Translations under genes and position numbers: made by a program | Shown: piece after piece, positions 23,675 through 36,101 of the stretch | Position numbering within the stretch: position 1 is the first letter of the stretch | Layout: every line of letters starts with the position of its first letter | From: Podarcis pityusensis | Taxonomy: Eukaryota | Length of the DNA stretch: 64,000 nucleotides | Strand: one strand, 5' to 3' | NCBI GenBank assembly: GCA_964106645.2 | Contig: OZ067045.1 | Notes under the pieces: generated by a model | Databases searched by the model: none | Seen by the model: the letters and a program-made list of their open reading frames with translations, nothing else | Told to the model about the DNA's origin: nothing

Positions 23675-24406
23675 CCTTGCAGTGCCGGGCTGACACTGCC
23701 GATGGGCCCTGAGCCCCTCAGCAACATCCAAAAGCACTGATCTGCTAGGCGCTGGGGTGGATTGCACCCTGCACCTTTCAGAGTCAGGCCCAAGCTGCCA
23801 CCAAGCCCAGAACTAGCAGCAGCAAGAAGCAGCTCCAGCTCACCCAGCCCTACCCATTGCCACCTCACCACCACACTTACCTTACCTGGGGGTTCTGGAT
23901 TGCAGGCTCTACTAGTCAAACAGGAGCCTCAGTGATCACCCTCTTCTGCCAGAAACAAACCAGGACTGCTCCAAGAAAATGCATGTGGCAAAAAGGAGAG
24001 TTAGGCCCTGATGGGCCACCCCCTTACCCGCTTGTGATTGGCCAAGCGGATAAAAGAAGAAAGGTTTTTTTCCTTCACTTCTCACTTCCCTCTGTGGCCC
24101 CCTAGCCTCGTGCTGTGGCCCCTGTTTACGCATTTTTCACTTGTGCCCCCCTTGGAATATCCTGGAGTTCCCCCAGTTGGGAAACACTGATTTACACCAT
24201 CATTGTTTTTCTTTGGAAGTCCACAGATGATAATGACTTTTAAAAACATTGTGTTGATGTTTCCTTTACACTGACTTGAATGCAAGTTATGTAAATAGCT
24301 ACATACGTTACATACTTATGTAGACAGTGAGATACATAATTTCACAGAAGCCAAACTACTGTACAGCCGAACAGAAACAGCACTGAGTCTGACAAATAGA
24401 CGTCAG

Positions 24407-24547
24407 AGCTCAGTCTGTAGAGTATGAGGCTCTTAATTTTAGGGTCGTGGGTTGGAGCCCCACATTGGGCAAAGGGATTCTTGCATTGCAGAGGATTGGA
24501 CTAGACGACCCTTCTGGTCCCTTCCAACTCTACAATTCTATTATTCT
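24407..24547 (+). mobile_element. SINE with tRNA-Lys(CTT)-derived head and CR1-derived tail
   Basis: agctcagtctgtagagtatgaggctcttaattttagggtcgtgggttggagccccacattgggc resembles tRNA-Lys-CTT; the tail matches the CR1 end at about 18958-19028. Confidence 0.85.
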
Positions 24548-26084
24548 TTTAATAGAAACTGCTGCCTTTTTATATTCCTGTGCATTGGTCTCTTCCAAAC
24601 AATCTAGTTCTACTGAATGCCCATTATTACACAATTGCTAAATAATTGCACCCATGGAGGTGGGAATAGTATTTGAATCCATGTCAATTGAAAGTGAAAA
24701 ACCTCCTATTATCTCAAGGACCAAACTAGCAGCAACAGAAGCATCTTAAATGATTTAGATCATTAGGAGGCATTTTTTAAGACCTCAAATCCTATTTTCC
24801 TTGAATTTTAACAGTTGTTTAATTGTTACAAGTGCGACTTCGTTGTCCAGCTTCACAATAGCTGCTCTCCAAACTTTCCAATAATTAAAACACTTGATAA
24901 ATATTCAGTGATAATTTGTTGAGATTGCCATTTATCAGTTTTAATGATTATGTTTCTCACATGTTCAGCAGGGACAATTTGTTCTGCAGAAGAAATTTAC
25001 TTCTCACAAGCATAAATCACAATTAAAAATAATAACATCACCTCTCTACTGCAGATCCAAAAGGGGGGGGGGGGATCCTTTTCAGCTAAACAAAGTTTCC
25101 CCCCTGATGCACTATGCATTCCAGTCTTTGTTTCAACGCAAATGTCATATAATTATGCTGGAAATATGGAACGTTTAACCAGCAGGAACTCAAATACATG
25201 GCACCATTTGGTATCATTATTTTCACAGTCACTCCATAAAGAACAGCCTTTCCATGGTGATAAATACTGTAGTATTCACATGATGCCTACTGATTGGGAT
25301 CATATTCAAAAGACTTAAGTTCTATTATAGTTTTTTAAACCTTTTCTGTTGCATCTGATGCCTGCTACTTAGAGTGTAATTCCACTGGGATTGCCAATAT
25401 TCTCTGGGTCCCATTTCCCTGGAGGAAGTGAGATCTGAAGTAAGCTGTAACAGAAAGGACTTCATGTGCAAAAACGAGTTTTCCTCCCCTTCCTTCACAT
25501 TTTGCAATGACTCTAAATATGTCACACAACAGCATTAGTGAAAAAGCAGTGATACCCTGTGAGCAGCAATGTATGAGAGGTAGCACTTTAATCCAATCTG
25601 TTAATTGTGTTCTTTTGCTCTTCCACAAAAGAGTCTGTTTTCAATGGGGACTGTACAAGAGAAATTCCTGGTAGATTGTGGCCTACTTCCTAAGGATGAA
25701 GAGGATTTTGGTTAGCTCTTAATTTTGGAGCAAACACACACACACCACTGTCTTGGACCCCATGCACAAACTGGAATGAATGAAGTTGTGCAGTCAATGA
25801 ACTGATCTCTGCATGGGTCCATACTGGACTTATGAGGTAGCCCTAGGGTTGTCTCTTTAGCATTTTACAGTTGCTTAGAACACCTAATACCTGTTTATGG
25901 CAACGTGGTAAAAAACAACAACCCAGTTTTGAAATGCTCCCAGGAAGTTATGAACACAGTCACTTCTTGGTAGGAATGTTGGGGAATTCTGACGAAAACA
26001 GAAACAGGAGTGGAAATTTCTGGTATCGCTTATTTGTCCCATGTTCACAACAGCAATCAACCAAGCAAATGTGATTTTAGTTTA

Positions 26085-26228
26085 GGATAGCTCAGTCAAC
26101 AGACCATGAGGCTCTTAATCTCAGGGTTGTGGGTTTGAGCCCCACACTGGACAAGAGATTCCTGCATTACAGGGGGTTGGACTAGATTACCCTCATAGTC
26201 CGTTCCAACTCTACAGTTCAGTTATTCC
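26085..26228 (+). mobile_element. tRNA-Lys/CR1 SINE, second copy
   Basis: Same head-tail structure as 24407-24547. Confidence 0.85.
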
Positions 26229-28337
26229 AGGAATACATTCTGTGCCCCCACCCATTACATTGTGTTTCCTTTACATTGAAAGGAATACAATAACAACATA
26301 ACCCACACAACTAATTAAATAATGTAGGCTATGAGATTTCACCACAGTGGACATTGAAATGAATGGTGTAGTTTTGGGTGGGATATGAACTGCAGGGGAA
26401 GGGAAACAGTGGCATGTACAACAACGTGGTAGAATGGAAAATAATGCTTTCTTACATCTTTACTTCGTGGGGATTTGTATGGAGAAAAAGATGGCTGCCC
26501 CCACCCCCTGTATCAACCCTCCTCCCATACATTGTCCCTAGTAGCTTTACTGTATGGGAAAAAAGATGGTTGCCCCCATGGCTAGATTCATAAGAGCATG
26601 CAAAGAAGCCCACTGTATCAAACTGATACTCCACCTAGTCCTCACCCTGTTTTCCACAAGGGCCAACCTGAAAGCCCACAAGCAAGACATCAAAGTCATT
26701 GTCCCTTCTCCTTGCTGTCCTCCAGCAACTAGTATTCAATGACATAGTGCCTCTGGGGCTGGAGGTTTCATATAGCCATCATAACTAGGAGCCATAGACA
26801 GATCTTCCATGAATTTATCTAATGGCCTTTTAAACCCATCAAAGCCAGTGGTCATCACCATAAATTCCATGATTCCATAAATTCCCTGTTGAATGGACAT
26901 GGCTTCATCCTCCCTTTGAAAGGCCATTTAACACATTAAATTGCAGCAAAGGCAGGATTTTCACCAAGTGCCAAACATTCAGTCAGCTTTGGCCAACCTT
27001 GAGACTCTCTGAGGTATGTCCTTGCATGACATTCCTCTTTGCATTGGCCACATTGGCATGTTACATGTGTTTGTCAAGGGTAAGCTGGCCACAGAGATAT
27101 AGGCATGTAATAAAACCCATGCGTGAGTATCCTATACTTTATTAGAAAAGGAGCTTGTGAAGGTGGGATGCAACCTATCCTCCCTCCTCAGCTTTTCCTT
27201 GCTGTGCTTGGTTGCTTCAAGCACTTTTCTCCCTAGCCTAGTTCACTTCTGATATAAGAGCCAGGCAGGGAGCAGGGGCACCATTACCAGCAGACTACTC
27301 AGCATACATCTAGAACCAATAGAGCCCAGGGGGCTGCTAAACAACTGTTGGAGGAGGTGGGCCCAAGGCAACAAGCCCTTGTGCACTATAAAGCCTATAC
27401 CTGAAGCTACAGCTGTCATTGGATTATTTAGTTTTAATTCTTCACTTTTAATTCTAAAACTTTCCCAGAGTGCCCACTTGCTGCTCTAGTGCTTTCCTTG
27501 GCATCTGAGTAGCTGAGTTCATTGGCTCTTTCATTTCAGTCCTCTTCTGCACACTCCTTTTTGTGTAAATCAATGCCCTCCATCCGCATCACATCTGTTT
27601 ACCTGACTGTACCTCAGTGATGCCTTATTCTCACACTAATGTACATGGACCCTGAGACTACAGGTAGATGTGAATTTTGTTTCAGTTCATATTGTAATGT
27701 GAGCCAACTCTACTCACACTTCCTGAAAAAATACACTCAATGAAACACAGCTGTCCTTCAAAAGTCACACTTCAAAGAATTTTGGGGTGCATTTCTCCAG
27801 CTAAACCAGGGGGACATATTAGAGGGAAATGTGCATAAATATGCATATATTAGTGAAAATAGCATACAAAGAGACATTCTACCAAGAAAAAAAAAAGCAC
27901 GCTGAAAATTGTTTAAAGAACAAACTCAAACCAAAGTGGATATGTGATAAACTGGACTTTGTTGAATATCAAAAAGAATCCAAAAATGACACATTTGTCT
28001 GTATCTATCTGAGATCTTTTTCAGGTCCCAACATAATCTAAAGTGGGTGGTGACATGATTGACCTTTTTTCAGTTGTGGTACCCAGTCTTTAAAGTTCCC
28101 TCCCCAGAGAGGTTCACCTGGCACCAACTTTGGTATATTACACTTCATTCTCACAGTGATTCTAGGTACACTGGTATTTATTTTCCTACTGCCATGGGTT
28201 TTAATTTTTTGTGTCCTTTTTAAAGCATTATCTGCTTTTGCTAATGGTATGTTAAATGCTATGATTGTTGTTTTAAATAGCTGCTTTTCATTATTTAGTC
28301 ACTCTTGAAAATCCCTTTAGTGCTGGAGAGCAGGGTA

Positions 28338-28664
28338 TAAACTGCCTCGGCCCAGAATACCTGAAGGAGAGTCTCCACCCCCATTGTTCAGCCTGGACAC
28401 TGAGGTCTAGCTCCAAGGGCCTTCTGGTGGTTCCCTCACTGCGAGAAGTGAAGTTGCAGGAGGGCCTTCTTGGTAGTGGCGCCCACCCTGTGGAACAGCC
28501 TCCCATCAAATGTCAAGGAAATAAACAACTATCTGACTTTTAGAAGACATCTAAAGGCAGCCCTGTTTAGTGAAGTTTCTAATGTTTTATTGTGTTTTTA
28601 ATATTCTGTTGGGAGCCACCCAGAGTGGCTAGAGAAACCCAGTCAGATGGGCAGGGTAAAAATA
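28338..28664 (+). mobile_element. L2 LINE 3' fragment (same family as 4343-5054)
   Basis: Clear reverse-complement similarity to about 4355-4710. Confidence 0.85.
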
Positions 28665-31600
28665 GATGTCAATGAGAAAGGCCATACAGATGACAACCCA
28701 GCCACATCTAATTGTATACTTACAGTCACAGATTACAATTTTAGGATTGTTTTAAGGGTGGGTATAAGTAAAAGAACATATGAAATTATGCTTACATTTT
28801 GAAGATATAGCAGGACTCTAACATACGCTTCAAAATATGACAATACTGATTCTATTTCCCTGCAAGATTTGGCCTTAGAGAAATGTGGTTTGTTCACAGT
28901 ACACTCAACACAAAAGTACAGATGTTTGCACCATGCTGAGAGGCCTTGTAAGGTGACGGTTGTTCGAACTGGTATTTCCCTAATGTCTAGAAGGGTTCCA
29001 TGGTTCATTTTTCTTTTGTTCTCCAAAGGTCATGATTCTTCCAATAGAAAATGAGCCTTCTCATAAAATTCTAGCCCACAGCTTCCAAACCAAGGCTGCA
29101 TTAGCCACAAGTTCCCCCAATTCTTGTTTCCCTCTTGGCTGATCTTTCTATTTCTAATGACACTACTAACTCACTTGTTAAAGTAAAAATAATCATTAAA
29201 TAAATGCATGTTGTTTGGAAATGGACAAGGAGTGGGAGATCTGTCTGCAACTATTAAACCATATGCCAAGCTGTCTTTTTTCACCTGTATTTTAGCATTT
29301 GATGGCAAAACTCATTTGTATCTCAAGGCTTGATTATATGTTGAAGTTTAATCCATGGAGATGCAAACTGTCAAAAGCAGTGTTCTGAACCCATTCTTAA
29401 TTTGCAAACAAGGATCTAGAAAATGTTGGGAGAAAATGGACATGTGAGGGGCTTTGGGGGGTGTTTTCCAAGAGAGAAGGGGATGGTTGGGCCTCTCTTA
29501 TGCGTATCTGCAGTGCAATTTGAAGGGTACACCTAAGTTGCTAAGGTGGTACTGGCTGGTACCCATTGAGACTTGTGGGGTGGATCCAGGGTGCCAAAAC
29601 AGTAGGGAAAGCTAGAGCCAATGACAGTAAGAGCCAACCAATTATAGTTTTGTCCTCATCCCCTTCCTTGCTGAGTTCTACAAGGGCAACATTGAGACTA
29701 AGAAGGAAGGGGAAGCTGAAAGACAGTTCCATTTTCTGGGAATGGTTGTAAATAGGAAAGCAGGCAGGTGGTGGCTGGCTGAGAGCACACAGAGGTTGGT
29801 GGCACAATGTCCCATATGCCTTAATGAACCAGCCTCCACTGTGCTTATGGTTTGAGAAGTATAACAGACTTGAATACTATCTAAGAGTGAACAAGGAGGT
29901 AGTTCAGATGCCAGAGCATGCCAGAAATATATTTGTAGTGCCCCATACTTGTCCCTTTCTATGGCAACATGGCTTGCTTAGGCCTTTATTGCTGTCCTTG
30001 TTGGAATGCAGCTTAGAGTATTTGGAGAAGGAATCTCTATAGTAGGTGGAAAAATTGGAAGAACTACATTCTTCCACGCAACATGGCCAGAAGGCAGTTG
30101 GAGGGTTTTCCAGGTAGCAATGCTTCAGGCATTTATTTTTTTTACAGCCTTGCCTCATCAAAAGCATTTTGGAGGCAGCTTGCAAATAATAATAAACTCC
30201 AACAACATGAAAACAGAAAGAGCAAAATATAAAGCAAAACATATCCCAGCAACCACAGAGTAAAATATGAACTGTGCCACAGTACATAAACAAAGCCCAA
30301 CTTAGTGGGTAGGTGTGTGTGTGGGGGGGGAGCTTTCAAAACTAGAAGCCAATAAAACAACATCCTAAGATAAAATGCCTGAAGAATTCAGTTCATTTTT
30401 TCCTGGCACCTAAGGCTCTTAACAGTGGGCTTCAGAGCCATGTTTCTAAAAGGGGCATTCTGAAGATGAGATGCTATCACAAAAAAGCGTAGGAGGAGAA
30501 GGGGAAAGTAAACAAAGATAGAATGCTGTGGAACTTAAATTGCTTGCAGCTTCATCTGTAGAAAGTTGAAACCCAACAACATCTGGAGGGCCACAGGTTC
30601 TCCATCATTGGACTAAATGAACCCAACCAAGGTTATGCTTAAGGATGGGACTGGTGGGGAACTCATACATGACCCATGTTGCACTGAAGCAGCAGAGGAG
30701 GGGAGGGTATTTTAAATCTCTCCTAACCACATTTACTCAAGAATTCCATAGGACAGCAAGTATGATGTCTGAAACTTTATCAGGGCACCATCCCCCCAGC
30801 CCTCCAGTGAGGGTCATTCTAGCAAAATGGTTCCCCCAGTGCCTAGCAATGCTCTGATCTCCACCTACTTGATTTTAGCAGGTGGATGAAGCCAGAGAAA
30901 GGTTTCCTCAGATTATCTTAGGGTATGGAGTCTCACATGGGAGTCATCATCAATCCTTGAGGTGCCCTGATCCCAGGCTATATGCAATGGATGGGGAACC
31001 TGAGACCATCCAGATGTTGCTAGACTCCCACTTCCATCATCCCAGAACCCTGGCCATGCTGGTTGGGGGTGATGGGAGTTGAGGTTCAACATCTGAAGGG
31101 CTTCGTGTTTCCCACCCCCATTGTATGGAGAAAGAGGAATTCACTAAAGTTTTGCAGTCATTCACAAGAGCCTTCTCTGTGTACTCGAAGCACTGGGACT
31201 GGTTACAGTTCCTTTGATACACCCTAGAGTGTTTCATAGTATGTGCAAGAAGGAGAGATTCATCCTGGTAAAGGCACGATAGAATTCCCCTTTGCAAGGT
31301 TGTGAACTGAATTTATCTACAGCAGATGCTACAAAGAGAATGCTAATAAAATCTATGGCCTTGTTCAAGGCACGTAGCTGTGTACAGTCTTATTTTGGCA
31401 GTCTGCCGGAGAGGAAAAACTGCTAGTGTTTCCCAGAGGGTTACTGAAATAGCGGAGGGGTGGGGACTCATCTTCATTGCAGAAAACAAATTCCAGTTTC
31501 AGGGAATGTCATAAAGATGGCACATATTAATGGGGGCAACATATAGGCACTCATGGCTGAATGTGCTTACTGATGACTAGTCATACACTTTCCTTAATCC

Positions 31601-32037
31601 ATAGCGAGGATGGATTTGCAAAACAATGTGGAAAATTTCTGTGCTTCTAGAAGTAATAGCACATTTTCTTCACACCCTCTCTTACATCTAAGATGCATTC
31701 TCTATTATTATTTTCAAGTTTCTCCTCTATTTACAAATGCACCTGTGTAGCATCAGTCAGCCTCAAATAATATCAGCCAGATGTGAGACAAGAAAATTAC
31801 AACTTTGACTGTTTTTCTGGATTTGACTGGACATTCTATAACTAGCAAGGGTGGGATTTCAGTGTGTTCTAAGCAATCCAGAAATGGGTTCTTTCTGATA
31901 AAGCTTAGTTTTTGTGTTAATAGAACTTCCTTCCAGAATCAGGTGCCTCCGGGAAGTCCACAAGCAGGACACAAGGTCAATAGCCATATCTCACGGTTGT
32001 TTTCCAGAAGCATAGTGCCTCTGATAAGTTGTAAAAT

Positions 32038-32410
32038 CATAGAGCTGTACAGTGGGAAAGGATTCCAAGTGTCATCTAGTCCAACCCCCTGTAATGGAGG
32101 AATCACAGCTAAATACTCCCTGACAGATGGCCATTCATCCTCTACAGTGGTACCTCGGGTTAAGTACTTAATTCATTCTGGAGGTCTGTACTTAACCTGA
32201 AACTTTTCTTAACCTAAAGCACCACTTTAGCTAATGGGGCCTCCCGCTGCCGCTGCGCCGCCGGAGCACGATTTCTGTTGTCATCCTGAAGCAAAGTTCT
32301 TAACCTGAAGCACTATTTCTGAGTTAGCAGAGTATGTAACCTGAAGCATATGTAACCCGAGGTACCACTGTATTTAAAAATATCTACCACCTTCCAAGGG
32401 AGTCCATTCC
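32038..32410 (-). mobile_element. CR1 3' fragment split by a MITE
   Basis: catctagtccaaccccctg...acagatggccattcatcctc|MITE|tttaaaaa...ccaccttccaagggagtccattcc is colinear with the reverse complement of the CR1 at 18674-19028. Confidence 0.7.
32145..32370 (+). mobile_element. Family-A Tc1/mariner MITE (226 bp)
   Basis: Perfect 18-bp TIR CAGTGGTACCTCGGGTTA; TA TSD at 32143-32144 and 32371-32372. Confidence 0.92.
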
Positions 32411-32451
32411 TTTGTCACACTTTGTCTTTGCTAATTTCTAAAGCTATTTGT

Positions 32452-32797
32452 CAGGACGCGGGTGGTGCTGTGGGTTAAACCACAGAGCCTAGGACTAGCC
32501 AGTCAGAAGGCTGGCGGTTCGAATCCCCGCGACGGGGTGAGCTCCCATTGCTCAGTCCTGCTCCTGCCAACCTAGCAGTTCAAAAGCATGTCAAAGTGCA
32601 ATAGGTACCGCTCCGGCGGGAAGGTAAACAGCGTTTCCATGGCTGCTCTGGTTTGCCAGAAGCGGCTTAGTCATGCCGGCCACATGACCCGGAAGCTGTA
32701 CGCTGGCTCCCTCAGCCAATAAAGCGAGATGAGCACCACAACCCCAGAGTCGGTCACGACTGGACCTAATGGTCAGGGGTCCCTTTACCTTTACCTT
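32452..32797 (+). mobile_element. Sauria SINE (Squam1-type), full length
   Basis: tRNA-derived head with B box GGTTCGAATCC, BovB-like tail ending in (TTTACC)n, 13-bp TSD taaagctatttgt (32439-32451 / 32798-32810). Confidence 0.92.
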
Positions 32798-33464
32798 TAA
32801 AGCTATTTGTAGCTCTTTGAAATCATGCCCCTTGTTTTCACTCACTTTTAAAAAAAATTCCTATTATTTATTTATGCCAGCTTCCCTCAGTCCCACCCCT
32901 CAAAAGATAATTCTTATAATGTCTTACTTGAAAGAACTCAGAAAGAGTATATCTAACCCTGGCCATCATCTGTACAATTTTCTCATAAGAACAAAATCTC
33001 TGTTCCCTGAAAAAATCCATATGTCTTATGGTTTTGTGGTCGATCCAAAACTTAAAGGGCCCCAGAATCTTTTTCAGGTCAAAATCTTTTTCAAGCAAAA
33101 CTGCTTTTAAGGAGGATTTCTCTGGAGAAACAAACTGTCCTACTCTATCCTAGGTTTTTAATAGCATAATATCACAGCATTATTGTTGCGTGTTGGTTTT
33201 TGTGTCCTTTTCATTTAGTTTTAATCCATAAGGTGTGTGGTTTGCTCAAACCATTTTCAACCTTATTTACTTTTATTTTTAAATCCATTGCTTATTTTGG
33301 ATCACTTATGCTACATAAAAATATAGTTTAATATTGGAGGTGGGCATTCAACCCTTTTCTACAGCATCTGCCTGATTTTGTTCACAACTCTTGGCATCTT
33401 CCACTGCCAGACAAATTTAGAAATATCCTACTGTGATTTTTCAAGCTCAGCCAGAAGGCAATGT

Positions 33465-33500
<36 letters not shown>

Positions 33501-33944
33501 CCTTATAATTTTAATGGTAGCTATTAAGCCCATCGGCTATAAGGAGTCCAGTTGCTATACACACAGCCACAAACAGCCCCCCCACACATACACACACACC
33601 AGAATGAAAGTTGGAATTAAAGAGCCACTGTATGAATGCAATAAGAATCTGCAAGCAGGCAGAGCAATCTTGAATTGAATTGAATTGCAGGCAGTCATAG
33701 CTGGCAGAGACCAGGTTGAAGGAAGCGGAGATCTACTCATAAAACAGGATGCCCCATTCTTCTCCTTGTGCCTGCAGCTCCCCTGTGCCCTTCCACTAAA
33801 TCTGCTCTGGAGGGTTCCCAAATTTCTGGATCAGATTTTGAGGGTGCAAATGAGGCTGTGAGTTGGGAAGAGAGGTAGGGAATTGCCCATTGTATGAGTG
33901 GAAGTCTTTCCTTGGCAAGCAGACACAGTTGTATGTCACAGAAA

Positions 33945-34095
33945 CATAGGAAGCTGCCTTTGGTACATCTAGCTCAGTATTGTCTACTCTGGCTACCAGC
34001 ATCTCTCTAGAATTCCTGATGGGGTCTGAACCCAGAGATGTGATGTTGAGATCTGAACATAGGACCTTCTGCATACAAAGCAACTATTCTGCTGC
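33945..34095 (-). mobile_element. Old tRNA-derived SINE with cctatgttcc-type tail
   Basis: Reverse-complement similarity to 40115-40292. Confidence 0.6.
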
Positions 34096-34227
34096 TGCTG
34101 ACCTTCCTCATGCCATTTTGGGAGACAGGGTTTCTTATTAGTGCAAGAATTATTTTTTATAATGCAATAGATGGATGGTGCTAAGTGTTTAAGTTCAGTA
34201 AATATTGGGATTTAATCAGAACTTGTA

Positions 34228-34874
34228 TGTTATAACTGGGATATGTTGTAAGACAGTCTCAGTGTGTATTAGAAGGGGGTTTGGGGTGTTTAATTAGTAT
34301 TTATGTGTAAGATTGTGCATAAGACCTCAAGAATGTAATCAAGATCCATGTGTATTGGAATATGTGTGTGGACCTACTTCTGAGCACCATCAATTAGCAT
34401 GTAAAGAGTTAATTACCTAGGTAAATATCCTAATTGTGTACCAGCCTTTAATCCTACTCAGTCAACTTGTGTTGATGAAGTCAGACAAACACCTTTGTTT
34501 GTCTGACACCTGAATTAACCATTGGCTAACCAAATACTAACCAAAGTATCAAGAGAACTGGGTATTAGAATACAGATTAATAAAGAGGGCTTGGTTTTTA
34601 GGAACAGCAGAATTAGGCAAGATGGTACCAGGAAACAGAGAAGGAACCATGATTGCCTGGAAACTAAGATAGGCTGCAGAGCAAAAATGATGCTGATGAT
34701 GCTGCCGGAAGGATAAGCTGACACGCTTTGGGGTTCTGTTGCTGTGCGCCCCTCCACTGAAGGCTAAAGCTATATGTGTGAGTAAAATAATCCATATATC
34801 ATAGACCCTGGTGAAGGGCCAAGACCCTTGCAAGCTCATGCTCCACTTGGCAGAGACTGGGGTGGCTTGTAACA
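34228..34874 (+). mobile_element. Probable solo LTR (Gypsy/ERV-like); 5' end uncertain (34228 or 34244)
   Basis: Starts TGTT and ends GGGGTGGCTTGTAACA; the 3' part resembles 40390-40521. No TSD found. Confidence 0.5.
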
Positions 34875-36101
34875 AAAATTATTGTTGGATTCTAATTTGT
34901 GTGCATTCGGCAAATGTTTGAATAATTTAAAAATAAGACACTGGATCCTTTAAGAATGGATGCAGGGTTTCACTATATTTTTATTTCAAGATTCATTCAA
35001 TAAATATGCAGTCAGAAGATACCTTTAAAAGAGAGGTAAAAATCGTAAAACTGGATTTATGCAGAGTGAAGGACTGAAAAGGAAAAGATGCTGAAGTATT
35101 ATGAATGCATACATCTTTAATGATGGATCAAGTATGTGTAAATAAGATTCATACCTTGAAGAGGCTGGAGGACAGTGAGTTTTGAATGAAATTAAAGCAT
35201 TATTGATCTGTTACATGGTTTGCCTTGCAGTTTGGAAAAATTTCTCCACTGACACCTACCCCAGATTTCTTGCATCTGCTGCTGGAGTACAGTGGTGCCC
35301 CGCAAGACGAATGCCTCGCAAGATGAAAAGCTCGCTAGACGAAAGGGTTTTGCGTTTTTTGAGCTCCTTCGCAAGACGAATTTCACTATGGACTTGCTTC
35401 GCAAGACGAAAACGTCTTGCAAGTTTGTTTCCTTTTTCTTAACACCGTTAATACAGTTGTGACTTGACTTCGAGGAGCAACTCATAGAACGCAACTCATA
35501 GAACGTGGTAGCCTTTTTTGAGGTTTTTTAAGACTTTGGTGATTTTTGAAGTTTTCCCAAAACTTCTTTTGCAGCCATTTGGTAAGTTAAACTTTTAAAA
35601 CTTTTTGGGGGGTTTTTGGATTTTGGGTTGGGGTGTTTGGAATTCAAGGACTTGGTGTTGGGGAGGGGTTTGCAAGAATCTGGAAGGTTGTGTGTGTTTC
35701 CCCCCCCCTGCATTTTTATGATTTTTTGTGACCATTGGGCCACTCTGCTGTTTTTTTTAAAAAAAATCTGGATTTGAATTTCTGTGTGGTGGGTAGCTGG
35801 GGGAACAGTTGAGGAGGGGTTTGCAAGAATCTGGAAGCTTGTGTGGTTTTTTCCTGCATTTTTATGATTTTCTGTGACCATTGGGCCACTCTGCTGTTTT
35901 TTAAAAAAAATTCTGGATTTGAATTTCTGTGTGGTGGGTGTGACTTTAAAGAGCACTTAATAAACTCTTGTTGTACCAAAGTTGGCTTTGTTTGGACTTT
36001 TTTTGACCATAGGAACGCATTAATTGAATTTCAATGCATTCCTATGGGATTTCGTGCTTCGCAAGACGAAAAATTCGCTAGACAAAAAAACTCGCGGAAC
36101 G

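Noticed and set aside
24407-24472. Functional tRNA-Lys genes (also 26085 and 63030) and a tRNA-like sequence at 40115
   Set aside because: Mutated stems and B boxes, and direct fusion to LINE-derived tails, show these are SINE heads.
35528-35979. 142-aa and 87-aa ORFs as transposase remnants
   Set aside because: They come from the low-complexity internal duplication of the MITE; no DDE or HTH motif.
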